Origin: an uncultured Candidatus Entotheonella sp. | GTDB taxonomy: Bacteria > Tectomicrobia > Entotheonellia > Entotheonellales > Entotheonellaceae | Assembly: GCA_965215335.1 (NCBI GenBank) | Contig: CBDCDA010000001.1 | Location: forward strand, 1,088,001-1,152,000 | Length of the DNA: 64,000 nt | Direction: 5' to 3' | Notes under the pieces: model-generated | The model's database searches: none | Told to the model about the DNA's origin: nothing | The model's input: the letters and a program-made list of their open reading frames with translations, nothing else | Translations under genes and position numbers: made by a program | Shown: positions 9,146 through 17,789 of the stretch, piece by piece | Position numbering within the stretch: the first letter of the stretch is position 1 | Layout: every line of letters begins with the position of its first letter

Positions 9146-9264
9146 TGAAATCATCGTGCTGCAAACGGTACAAGCGCAAGGGCAAGGCCTGTCGGGGCTG
9201 TCCCACCATGGCCAAACTAGGGAAAAAAGAGGCCAAGCAACTGCTCAAGAAGCATCACAGATAA
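9145..9264 (+). CDS. 39-aa basic Cys-rich mini-protein (CC-x9-C-x2-C), possible [2Fe-2S] binder
   Basis: MKSSCCKRYKRKGKACRGCPTMAKLGKKEAKQLLKKHHR; ATG overlaps upstream stop (TGATG). Confidence 0.65.
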   Translation: MKSSCCKRYKRKGKACRGCPTMAKLGKKEAKQLLKKHHR

Positions 9265-9312
9265 CGCCGGACCTCTCCATCCACCCACGGCGGAACGAAT
9301 CCCGCCACCCGC

Positions 9313-9771
9313 CTAAACCACCCGAAGATTGACTTCAGGCGCAACCGCGCCGGTCGCCACCATATCCAGATACAACTCAAGCTCTTCGATGTCGCGCTGC
9401 TCGCCCTCGATGTGGTCTTCCAGCATGTTGCCGAGTGCCACGTCATCGGCGGCCAGTTCATGGGCTTCCGAGTACGCCCGCATGGCAGCGCGTTCGAGGT
9501 CCAGGTCCTGCCGCAGCATCTCTTCGAGGTCGAGTGTCTGGCGAATCGTCGTCCCGACTTCCACGGTCGGGATGCCGCCCAGGGCGACGATTTTCCGCCC
9601 GAACCTGGCGGCGTGTTCTTGCGCCCCGCGGCTCTCGGACATGAAGAAGTCAGAGTACACCTTGCGCCACAGACCGCGCACCAGGAGCGCGTGCTGCTTG
9701 TACTGGATGCAGGCCGCGTGCTCCAGGGCGACCGCTTTGTTGAGTGCGTCAATGACTTGTCGTGTATCCAT
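9313..9771 (-). CDS. Bacterioferritin-like / ferritin-like protein with non-canonical ligands
   Basis: LNKAVALEHAACIQYKQH, HAARFGRKIVALGGIPT, EMLRQDLDLE; RBS ggag before ATG 9771. Confidence 0.85.
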   Translation of the reverse strand: MDTRQVIDALNKAVALEHAACIQYKQHALLVRGLWRKVYSDFFMSESRGAQEHAARFGRKIVALGGIPTVEVGTTIRQTLDLEEMLRQDLDLERAAMRAYSEAHELAADDVALGNMLEDHIEGEQRDIEELELYLDMVATGAVAPEVNLRVV

Positions 9772-9819
9772 CGTTTCATTCTCCACGGAAATGGGGTTGG
9801 TTATCCTGAACACGGGCAC

Positions 9820-9848
9820 AAGATACCGCACGGTTTGCTGTCTGTCAA
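9820..9848 (-). promoter_or_regulatory. Sigma70-like promoter for the ferritin-like gene
   Basis: Minus strand TTGACA (9848-9843)-17 bp-TATCTT (9825-9820). Confidence 0.6.
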
Positions 9849-9879
9849 GTTAACTTCTTATTTTTCAATAACTTAATAA

Positions 9880-9899
9880 CAATAGTCATTCTCATTATT
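9880..9899. promoter_or_regulatory. Fur-type box 3 (upstream of imelysin operon)
   Basis: Reverse strand aataatgagaatgactattg, close to GATAATGATAATCATTATC. Confidence 0.7.
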
Positions 9900-10067
9900 G
9901 CTTTCGATGATGGTGGCGTTCGGATTGTGCCCGCGGTTAATCCGATCCATACCTGGGGTCTACTCAAAAGTGGGTTCCCATGTCGCAGGTTCCACCTTAC
10001 ACTCCAGTGCTGCAGAAGTTGTTCACGCTGTCTCGTGTTGCCCCTTGACGACAAAGGAGGTGGAAGG

Positions 10068-11504
10068 GTGCGTTCATTTCGGCAAAGTCGACTCATCTGG
10101 TGTCTGACCTTCCTGTTAGGATTCGGTGTTGTTGTCCTGCTCGGTGGTTGTGAATCCGACGATGACGACAGTATTCCAGATCACGAACACGAACACGAAC
10201 ACGAACACGAAGCCATGGTGCCGGATCCCGTAGTTACAAGTGCGGACGTGGTTCGCACCAACGCCAATATCGCATTCGCCGGCTACAGCGACGCGTGGGC
10301 GACGGCGACGGCTCTGGAGAAGGCCATCGACGAATTCGTGGACCAGCCGGACGAGAACACGTTCCAGGCCGCCAAGAATGCCTGGTTGCGGGCGCGCGAG
10401 GCCTATCAGCCGACCGAGGTGTACCGCTTCCGACCCGGCCCCATCGAGGACCTCATGGACGATGGCACCATGATGGAGGGCGAGGGGCCCGAAGCGCGCA
10501 TTAACGGCTGGCCGTTGGGTGAGGCTCTGATTGACTATGTTGCAGATGGAACGCCCGATGGTGATGCTGGCGATCAGGAGAGCGTCGAGGCGGCCAACAT
10601 CGCCTATCCCGGCAACATTATTTCCGATACGGCCAGCGTCCCAACGATCACCAAAGACGCCATCATGCCCTTCGTCGAACTTAATGACGACCGCAACATC
10701 GGCACGGGGTATCACGCCATCGAATTCTTGCTGTGGGGCCAGGACCTGAATGAAGGCCAGACAACGTGGACCACCCCCCCACGCGATGACACCCCGGGGC
10801 AGCGTCCGGTTTCCGACTACTACCAAGATGACCGGTGTACTAGCGGACCCGGCACTCCTGACGGCTTCGAGATTTGCACGCGGCGAGCCACTTATCTCCA
10901 GGTCGCCGCGGACCTTCTGGTCGACGACCTGGGGCGCCTGGTCGATGCCTGGAACCCCAATGGCGATTACTACGCGTCATATACCGCCGACGCCAACGCG
11001 GACGCTTCGCTCGCCTCGATACTGGAAAGCATGGGGCGCATGGGCTTCGGCGAGCTGGCTGGCGAGCGCATCAACATTGCCCGTGCCAACAACTCGCAGG
11101 AAGACGAACACTCCTGCTTCAGCGACAACACGCACCGTGATATCCTTCTCAACGTGGTCGGCATCCGGAACCAATATCTGGGTGAATACGGCTTTGAGGG
11201 CGATGGGATTCAGGGCCCCGGGGTCTATGACCTTCTGATGGCGGAAGACCCTGATCTTGCCGAAGATTTGCGCCGGGCCATTAACGATTCGATTATCAAG
11301 GCGGAGGTGATCGACGCGGTGGCCATGGCCGGCACGCCATTCGATCAGCAGATCGAAGAAGGTCCCGGGAATCCGGACGTCAAGGGCCTCATCGCCGCCT
11401 TGGTGAGTCAAACCGCTTTGATCGAAGAGGCCATTCAGGCACTCGGCCTCGAAGCGGGCGACCTGGAGCAGGACACCGAGGAAGACATCAAGGACGTCTC
11501 CTAG
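10068..11504 (+). CDS. Imelysin-family iron-regulated lipoprotein (IrpA/IcmP/LruB-like)
   Basis: RBS aaggagg + GTG 10068; lipobox LGGC; AWLRAREAYQPTEVYRF, GYHAIEFLLWGQD (GxHxxE), EDEHSCFSDNT. Confidence 0.9.
   Translation: MRSFRQSRLIWCLTFLLGFGVVVLLGGCESDDDDSIPDHEHEHEHEHEAMVPDPVVTSADVVRTNANIAFAGYSDAWATATALEKAIDEFVDQPDENTFQAAKNAWLRAREAYQPTEVYRFRPGPIEDLMDDGTMMEGEGPEARINGWPLGEALIDYVADGTPDGDAGDQESVEAANIAYPGNIISDTASVPTITKDAIMPFVELNDDRNIGTGYHAIEFLLWGQDLNEGQTTWTTPPRDDTPGQRPVSDYYQDDRCTSGPGTPDGFEICTRRATYLQVAADLLVDDLGRLVDAWNPNGDYYASYTADANADASLASILESMGRMGFGELAGERINIARANNSQEDEHSCFSDNTHRDILLNVVGIRNQYLGEYGFEGDGIQGPGVYDLLMAEDPDLAEDLRRAINDSIIKAEVIDAVAMAGTPFDQQIEEGPGNPDVKGLIAALVSQTALIEEAIQALGLEAGDLEQDTEEDIKDVS
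10182..10211 (+). repeat. (CACGAA)5 tandem repeat encoding HEHEHEHEHE
   Basis: Five perfect 6-bp units, in frame, shortly after the lipidated Cys. Confidence 0.9.
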
Positions 11505-11517
11505 GAGGTTGTCGGGC

Positions 11518-13308
11518 ATGTGGAGGTCGTGCACCCCGATGGTTCAACGGCTCGGTTCGGGGTGCGCCCTTGAACGCGCCTGTCGCCTGGTCTTTCTGCT
11601 TGCCCTCGTCTGCACGCTGTCGGCGTGCGGTGGGGGCGGTGGCTCGGATGGCGATGATGGCACGCCGCCAGATGGTGATGACGGTCTGCCGCCGGTAAGC
11701 GCCCATGTTGTCGACCCCGGTGAAGTCGATTCGGGCGGTGGCAACACCGTGGCCTTCCGTAATCCCGATGCCTTTTCGCAGAGCAACCCGCAGCTCGGGC
11801 TTTTGGACCAAGGGAAATTCGAATCGGGCGATTCCGAGTTCGAGAGACCTCGCCAGGGTCTGTTGGGTCCCTTGTTCAACAACGGCACGTGCGAGGGATG
11901 CCACAAGAAAGACGGGCGGGGCAACCCGCCCAAAGATACCAACGACGACGGCGAGACCGACCAGCACATGGAGTCGATGCTGGTGCGTCTGAGCATTCCG
12001 GTCATGGATCCCGCCGATCCTGTGGTGATCATGGGTGGGGTGCAACCGGAGCCCGTCTACGGCGGCCAGATTCAGGTTCTCGGCGGGCTTGCAACGCCAG
12101 GCCGACCTTCGGTTCACAACGGTGCCGTACTACCAGACGGCAGCCTCTCCGACAATCCTGACGATGTGGTCGGCGAAGCTTTTGTCAGCATCCTCTATGA
12201 GACTCTGACTCGGCGGTACCCCGACGGCACACCCTATGATCTGCAACAGCCGACATACCGCATCCGCGATCTCGCCTATGGACCATTTTGCGGTGATGAG
12301 CCGGATTGTCACGAAGATGAGATTCAGTTCTCCCCGCGCGTGGCGTCGCAGGTAATCGGCCTGGGCCTGCTGGAAGTCATACCGGAAGCAGATATTCTGA
12401 AATATGCCGACCCCGACGACCTGAACGAGGACGGTATATCCGGCCGTCCGAACAAGGTCTGGGACGTGTGGACGGAGACCTCCGGTCACTTGGGCCGATT
12501 CGGACACAAAGCAAGCAAGCCCACCCTCCTGCATCAACTGGCCGCTGCCTATCTCGGGGACATCGGCATCACCAGCAGCCTGTTTCCCGACGATACCTGT
12601 ACGGTTCACCAACCCGCTTGTGAGGCGCTGGCAGGGCCAACGGGCATGACCGTGGAGATCGACGACCTGACTCTGGCGCTGGTGGAGTTTTACGTGCGCC
12701 AGCTTGCGGTGCCGCAGCGTCGTGGCTGGGACGATGGGTCGGAGGCGTGGGAGCCACAGGTCTGGCGCGGTCGTCAACTGTTTTTCAGGGCTAATTGCAT
12801 CGGCTGCCATATACCTCGGTACGTCACCGGCGACGCCACCGGTAGCGTGCTGGGCCAAATTGCCGACACCCTGGATGACCTGAGCCAGCCGGCGGAGCCG
12901 TTGCCATCGCTGGCGCGGCAGGTGATCTGGCCGTTCACCGACCTTCTGCTGCATGACATGGGCGGTAGCTGCGATGCCTCGATGCGCGAAGCGGAAGACG
13001 GCGGCAGCTGCGCCGACGAGTCCGCCGCCTGTCTGTGGGTGCAGCGCTGCGACGGTTTGGCCGACGGGCGCCCGGACTTCGAAGCCAGCGGCTCGGAATG
13101 GCGTACCCCCCCGCTATGGGGCCTGGGCTTGACGAAGACCGTCAATCCTGACGCCGGTTTTCTGCACGACGGCCGCGCCCGCACGATTGAAGAGGCGATC
13201 CTCTGGCACGGGCATGAGGACAGCGAGGCGAGGCGCGCCTGGGAATTCTTTATCAACCTCGACCGCTCGGACCGCGAGGCGTTATTGGCCTTCCTGGAGT
13301 CGTTGTAG
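11518..13308 (+). CDS. Di-heme oxidoreductase (DHOR/DUF1111) lipoprotein, copy 1
   Basis: Lipobox LSAC; LGPLFN..CEGCH and CIGCH heme-c motifs; DLLLHDMG, EWRTPPLWGLG, LHDGRARTIEEAILWH. Confidence 0.9.
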   Translation: MWRSCTPMVQRLGSGCALERACRLVFLLALVCTLSACGGGGGSDGDDGTPPDGDDGLPPVSAHVVDPGEVDSGGGNTVAFRNPDAFSQSNPQLGLLDQGKFESGDSEFERPRQGLLGPLFNNGTCEGCHKKDGRGNPPKDTNDDGETDQHMESMLVRLSIPVMDPADPVVIMGGVQPEPVYGGQIQVLGGLATPGRPSVHNGAVLPDGSLSDNPDDVVGEAFVSILYETLTRRYPDGTPYDLQQPTYRIRDLAYGPFCGDEPDCHEDEIQFSPRVASQVIGLGLLEVIPEADILKYADPDDLNEDGISGRPNKVWDVWTETSGHLGRFGHKASKPTLLHQLAAAYLGDIGITSSLFPDDTCTVHQPACEALAGPTGMTVEIDDLTLALVEFYVRQLAVPQRRGWDDGSEAWEPQVWRGRQLFFRANCIGCHIPRYVTGDATGSVLGQIADTLDDLSQPAEPLPSLARQVIWPFTDLLLHDMGGSCDASMREAEDGGSCADESAACLWVQRCDGLADGRPDFEASGSEWRTPPLWGLGLTKTVNPDAGFLHDGRARTIEEAILWHGHEDSEARRAWEFFINLDRSDREALLAFLESL

Positions 13309-13310
13309 GC

Positions 13311-14813
13311 ATGACGGACCCCGCTCGGCCCCGTCCGCGGCGTGGCTCCTGGCGTTTCAGCGCTCTGGTGGCCGCCATGCTCGGGGCTTTGGTTCTCCTG
13401 GCCCTCGAACTGCTCAACCCCTCCCGCTCGGCGCCGCCGGACCCTGCCGAAGCCTTGCCCGGTGGCAGCACGACGCGCGCCATGGGGGGGCGAAAAACAT
13501 TCCTGGAACCGGCCGGCAACCTGTCTTTGGAACGACAACTGGAATTCTATTCCGGCGGCTCGTTCTTCCGGCAAGCGTGGTTGATCGCGCCTAGCAGCAC
13601 CACGCTGCGCGATGGCCTGGGTCCGCTGTTCAACGCGCGTTCCTGTGTCGGATGCCACGTCAGAGGCGGCCGCGGCCGCCCGCCGCTCACGCCGCAGGAA
13701 CCCCTGGTGTCGCTGGCTCTGCGCCTGAGCATTCCGGGCGTTGACCCGCACCTCGGGGTGGTGCCGGAACCGACCTATGGGGACCAGTTGCAAATCCTGG
13801 GCATTGCCCTGACGAAAGAAGGGGGGCTGAGCCCCGGCGACGACGTCGCCGGGGATTACGGCCCCGTGGCCGAGGGCTTTGGAGAAGTGACGTACAAGGT
13901 CCGTCGTGGCCAATACGCCGACGGCGGGGCATGGGAGTTGCGCGTGCCGAGCTACGGCATTCGCGATCTCGCCTACGGCCCGCTGCACCCCGACACGCTG
14001 ATGTCGCCGCGGGTTGCGCCGGCGCTGCCGGGCATAGGCTTGCTGGATGCAATCCCGTACGAGACGATCGCGGTGGCAGCAGACCCGGAAGACTCGGACG
14101 GCGACGGCGTCTCGGGCCGGATCAATCGCGTCTGGGATCGTACCGAACAGCGGACCGTGCCGGGGCGTTTCGGCTGGAAGGCGTCGCAACCGAACCTGCT
14201 GCAGCAGGCCGCGGCGGCGTTTCGCAACGACATCGGCATCACGAATGCGATCTACCCGTCCGAATCCTGCACCGCAGTCCAGGTGTCGTGCCGCCGGGCG
14301 CGCAACGGCAACGGTCCGGGCACCCCGCATGAGATTTCGGGCGCGGTGCTGGCCGCCACCACCTATTTCCTGCGTTTTCTGGCGGTGCCCAAACGCCGCA
14401 ACCCAGAGGCGCCGGAGGTGCTGGAAGGCAGGCGCTTGTTCCGCCAGATCGGCTGCGCGGCCTGCCACGTGCCCCGACACGTAACCGGTGTCGTGGCAGG
14501 AATGCCCGAATTGTCGAATCAGGTCATCTGGCCATATACCGATCTGCTGCTGCATGACATGGGCGACGGCTTGGCCGATGGCCGCCGCGAGTTCGACGCC
14601 ACGGGGCGCGAATGGCGCACGCCACCCTTGTGGGGACTGGGCTGGAGCAAGCGAATCACGGGTCACGAAACCTACCTGCACGACGGCCGCGCCCGTAGCC
14701 TGAGCGAGGCGGTCCTGTGGCACGGCGGCGAGGCCCGGACCGCGCAGCAGGCGTTCCTGAATCTGTCACGTGGGGAACGGCAGGCGCTCGTGGCGTTCCT
14801 CGAGTCTCTATGA
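13311..14813 (+). CDS. Di-heme oxidoreductase (DHOR/DUF1111), copy 2
   Basis: DGLGPLFNARSCVGCH, CAACH, GRFGWKA, EWRTPPLWGLG, LHDGRARSLSEAVLWHGGEA. Confidence 0.92.
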   Translation: MTDPARPRPRRGSWRFSALVAAMLGALVLLALELLNPSRSAPPDPAEALPGGSTTRAMGGRKTFLEPAGNLSLERQLEFYSGGSFFRQAWLIAPSSTTLRDGLGPLFNARSCVGCHVRGGRGRPPLTPQEPLVSLALRLSIPGVDPHLGVVPEPTYGDQLQILGIALTKEGGLSPGDDVAGDYGPVAEGFGEVTYKVRRGQYADGGAWELRVPSYGIRDLAYGPLHPDTLMSPRVAPALPGIGLLDAIPYETIAVAADPEDSDGDGVSGRINRVWDRTEQRTVPGRFGWKASQPNLLQQAAAAFRNDIGITNAIYPSESCTAVQVSCRRARNGNGPGTPHEISGAVLAATTYFLRFLAVPKRRNPEAPEVLEGRRLFRQIGCAACHVPRHVTGVVAGMPELSNQVIWPYTDLLLHDMGDGLADGRREFDATGREWRTPPLWGLGWSKRITGHETYLHDGRARSLSEAVLWHGGEARTAQQAFLNLSRGERQALVAFLESL

Positions 14814-14831
14814 ACAACCGCCTGGGGCGGT

Positions 14832-16061
14832 ATGGAAGGAGGGAGTGTATGCCGGCACGCGATAGAGGTCATGGCGCGTCTCCAGGTGGCGGGTTCCCGT
14901 GGCGCTGGTTGGCGTTGGGGGCGCTGGTGTTGTTCCCTTGCGGCCGTGACGCCGGGTTGCGGCGGAGGTGGCGATGGGGATGGCGGTGGCGGGAATGGAG
15001 ATGGTATCGGCGTTGGGGGACTTACCGACGCCCAGTTGCGGTTGCAATTTATTCAAACCACCGGGAATGGCTTCATTCTGCCCACCTACACGGCGATGGA
15101 GGAGGAGGCAAGTGAACTGGTCACCTCGGCGGCGACCTTCTGCACGGACCCCAATGCGAGCAACCTGGACGACGCGCAGGACCAATGGCGGCAGGTCGTC
15201 GGTCTGTGGATGGAAAGCGAGGTGGTCAAATTCGGGCCTGCCAGGCAAGACTTCGTGCACGACAATATCGACGTGCCCAGAGGCGGACACGCCAATGCCG
15301 CCGGCATCGAGGCCCGGATCATGGGAGACGGCGACATTGATCCAGACGATCCGGCATTTGCTGGAAAACTCGCCGCAAATCAGCGTGGTCTGGAAGGTAT
15401 CGAATACCTGCTCTTCGGCGACGATGGTGAAGGCGAAACCATGCTTGACACCAGTGCCTCGTTTTGGGAGAGGCGGTGCGATTACTTGAAGGCGATTGTC
15501 AGCGATCTGCACGCTAATATGGACGTGATTCTCACCCGCTGGCGAGCCAGCGGCGGCGACTACATTGGCGAATGGAACTCCGCGAGCGAGGCGGGCAACA
15601 CCGCGTATCCCTTTGTTCAAGACGCGATCGACGACCTGATGAACGAAATGGAGTTCGTCATGGACGACCTGGTCAACGTCAAACTGCAGCACGCAAACTG
15701 GGTGCAAGGGCAACCAGAGTCATGGCGCAGCGGCAACTCGATTGCCAACGTTCGGCGCCGCATCGAGGCTGCTGAAAAGATCTATCTCGGCATGGATGGA
15801 GGCGCGGACCAATTTGGCATGGACGATTATCTGCGGCAGACGGGCGAGGCGGGTCTCGATATGCAGATACGCACCCAGTTTGGCGTGGCGCTCGCCGCCC
15901 TGGACGACATCCCCGGAACGCTCGAAGACGCGGCAGGCAGTCATGCGACGCTCGTCGATAAGGCTGAGGAAGAGTCACGGGTATTGCTCCGTTTGCTCAA
16001 GCGCGACCTGGCGGTGCACCTGGACGTATTCTTCGGCTTCAACGACAAGGATGGGGATTAA
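14832..16061 (+). CDS. Second imelysin-family protein (probable lipoprotein; true start likely 14849 with a +1 frameshift near 14936)
   Basis: FILPTY, FGPA, RGLEGIEYLL, PESWRSGNS, GFNDKDGD C-terminus typical of the second imelysin of this cluster. Confidence 0.85.
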   Translation: MEGGSVCRHAIEVMARLQVAGSRGAGWRWGRWCCSLAAVTPGCGGGGDGDGGGGNGDGIGVGGLTDAQLRLQFIQTTGNGFILPTYTAMEEEASELVTSAATFCTDPNASNLDDAQDQWRQVVGLWMESEVVKFGPARQDFVHDNIDVPRGGHANAAGIEARIMGDGDIDPDDPAFAGKLAANQRGLEGIEYLLFGDDGEGETMLDTSASFWERRCDYLKAIVSDLHANMDVILTRWRASGGDYIGEWNSASEAGNTAYPFVQDAIDDLMNEMEFVMDDLVNVKLQHANWVQGQPESWRSGNSIANVRRRIEAAEKIYLGMDGGADQFGMDDYLRQTGEAGLDMQIRTQFGVALAALDDIPGTLEDAAGSHATLVDKAEEESRVLLRLLKRDLAVHLDVFFGFNDKDGD

Positions 16062-16064
16062 CCG

Positions 16065-17183
16065 ATGCGGACGCCCTCCGTCAGCCGACGCACGTTTGTC
16101 GCGGCGGCAGGACTGGTGGCCGCGGGTGTCGGGTTCGCCGGCTGGCGCCGGCGGCAGCGGCAACCGCTATTCCTGAGCGCGCATCACGACCACGGCGAGC
16201 GACCGCACGTCGGCGCCTTCGACGCTCGGGGACGCCTGCGTTTCCGGCTGCCCATCGACCTGCGGGCGCACGCCGCAGTGGTGCATCCGATGCGCCGCGA
16301 CGATGCGATCATCATCGCCAGACGACCCGGCAATCTGTTGTACGAGATTGACCTGGACAGGGGCGCGATCCGTCGGGTTGTGCACAGCGTCGCCAATCGC
16401 CACTTCTACGGACATGGGGTTTACAGCCCCGACGGCCGCTACCTCTACACGACCGAGAACGATTTCGAAAATGGCGTCGGCGTCATCGGCGTCCGGGACG
16501 GCGAAACGTTGGCCACGGTGGGCGAGATGCCGTCCCATGGCGTCGGCCCGCACGAACTGGTGTTTCTCGCCGACGGGCAGACTCTGGTGGTGGCCAACGG
16601 TGGCATCCGTACCCACCCCGATTTGCCGCGCGAAAAACTGAACGTCCCCACCATGGCCCCCTCGCTGGCCTACCTCGCCGCCTCCAGCGGCGCGCTACAA
16701 GCCGCGTACACACTGGAAAATCACTTTCTCAGCATTCGCCATCTTGCCGTTGGGGGCGATGACCTTATCGGCATCGCCCTGCAACACGAAGGTTCACGGG
16801 AAGCAGCGGTGCCACTGGTAGGGTTTCAGCGCAGCGGTCAGCCGATTGCCCTCGCCACCGCGCCGGAGCCGTTGCTGAGGCGTCTCAACCACTACACGGG
16901 CAGCATTTGCCTGCACCCTGACACTGGCATCGGCGCCGTGGCGTGCCCGCGCGGCGGGCAAGTGACGTTCTGGGACTCTGCTACGGCCCGGTTTGTTGCC
17001 TCCCTGCCCATCCGCGACGCGGGTGGCATCAGCCTGTCTGTCGATGGGGAGGCGTTTGTGGTCACCAATGGCCGGGGCGAGATTCATACTATCCGCACCG
17101 ACACCCTGACCGCGGCGTCACCGCCCGTCACCATCGCCGACACGATGTGGGATAACCACCTGACGCTGACCCGCCCCGTGTAA
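16065..17183 (+). CDS. DUF1513 Tat-exported beta-propeller protein
   Basis: SRRTFV twin-arginine signal; ARRPG, RHFYGHGVYSPDGRYLYTTEND, GVGPHE, NGGIRTHPD, WDNHL. Confidence 0.9.
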   Translation: MRTPSVSRRTFVAAAGLVAAGVGFAGWRRRQRQPLFLSAHHDHGERPHVGAFDARGRLRFRLPIDLRAHAAVVHPMRRDDAIIIARRPGNLLYEIDLDRGAIRRVVHSVANRHFYGHGVYSPDGRYLYTTENDFENGVGVIGVRDGETLATVGEMPSHGVGPHELVFLADGQTLVVANGGIRTHPDLPREKLNVPTMAPSLAYLAASSGALQAAYTLENHFLSIRHLAVGGDDLIGIALQHEGSREAAVPLVGFQRSGQPIALATAPEPLLRRLNHYTGSICLHPDTGIGAVACPRGGQVTFWDSATARFVASLPIRDAGGISLSVDGEAFVVTNGRGEIHTIRTDTLTAASPPVTIADTMWDNHLTLTRPV

Positions 17184-17288
17184 GGTTGTCGTTGCCTCGG
17201 TCCCCTCGCTAACAATTCCACGTCACTTCGGCGGAAAGCCTGCCCCGTACTGGATACGGGGACGCTGGATCACGGAGGAGAGGGGAAG

Positions 17289-17789
17289 CTACACGTCGTC
17301 CGTATACGCATTGCGCGTCCGTCCGAAGGTGGCGATCAGGACGGCGATGATCAGCACGGCAAGGGATGACTGGAAGGCAAGGAACGCGGCGATTTTCCAG
17401 TAGGCAAAGACAGGGTGCACGTAACGCACCAGCCAGCCGCCTGCCTCGTTGGCAATAGCAGTGCCAAACGAGACTAGGAGCAGCCAGAATTTCAGGTGGA
17501 CGGAGAGGGGAACGAACAGCACCAGATGGGTCAGAGTGAGGATGAGAATGCCCATGGCGAACAGGTGGAAGTGGGAAATCTCGAGCAGGCCCTGGTAGGT
17601 GCGCGGTCGCGTGAAGCGCTCCTCCGAGCCGCGGTAGTAGTCCACCACCGAGGTCGGCGTGAGCTTCATCTTGTTGAAGTAGAGGAGTGCATTGGTGGCC
17701 CACAGGCCGGCGGTATACAGCAGGAACAGCGCGATGATCAGGCGCAGCAGGCTGTTGCGGCGCCATTCGCCGGTGATGACGAAGCGCAT
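17289..17789 (-). CDS. Integral membrane protein (about 4 TM) with His cluster, possible cytochrome b-like component
   Basis: Four hydrophobic segments; LLEISHFHLFAMGILILTLTHL; start immediately follows the stop of the FMN-binding gene. Confidence 0.75.
   Translation of the reverse strand: MRFVITGEWRRNSLLRLIIALFLLYTAGLWATNALLYFNKMKLTPTSVVDYYRGSEERFTRPRTYQGLLEISHFHLFAMGILILTLTHLVLFVPLSVHLKFWLLLVSFGTAIANEAGGWLVRYVHPVFAYWKIAAFLAFQSSLAVLIIAVLIATFGRTRNAYTDDV

Noticed and set aside
12406..12450. EF-hand-like ADPDDLNEDGISGR in DHOR
   Set aside because: Present in both paralogues and a normal feature of the family
17243..17261. Hairpin ccccgta..tacgggg between convergent operons
   Set aside because: No U-tract on either strand; terminator function unsupported
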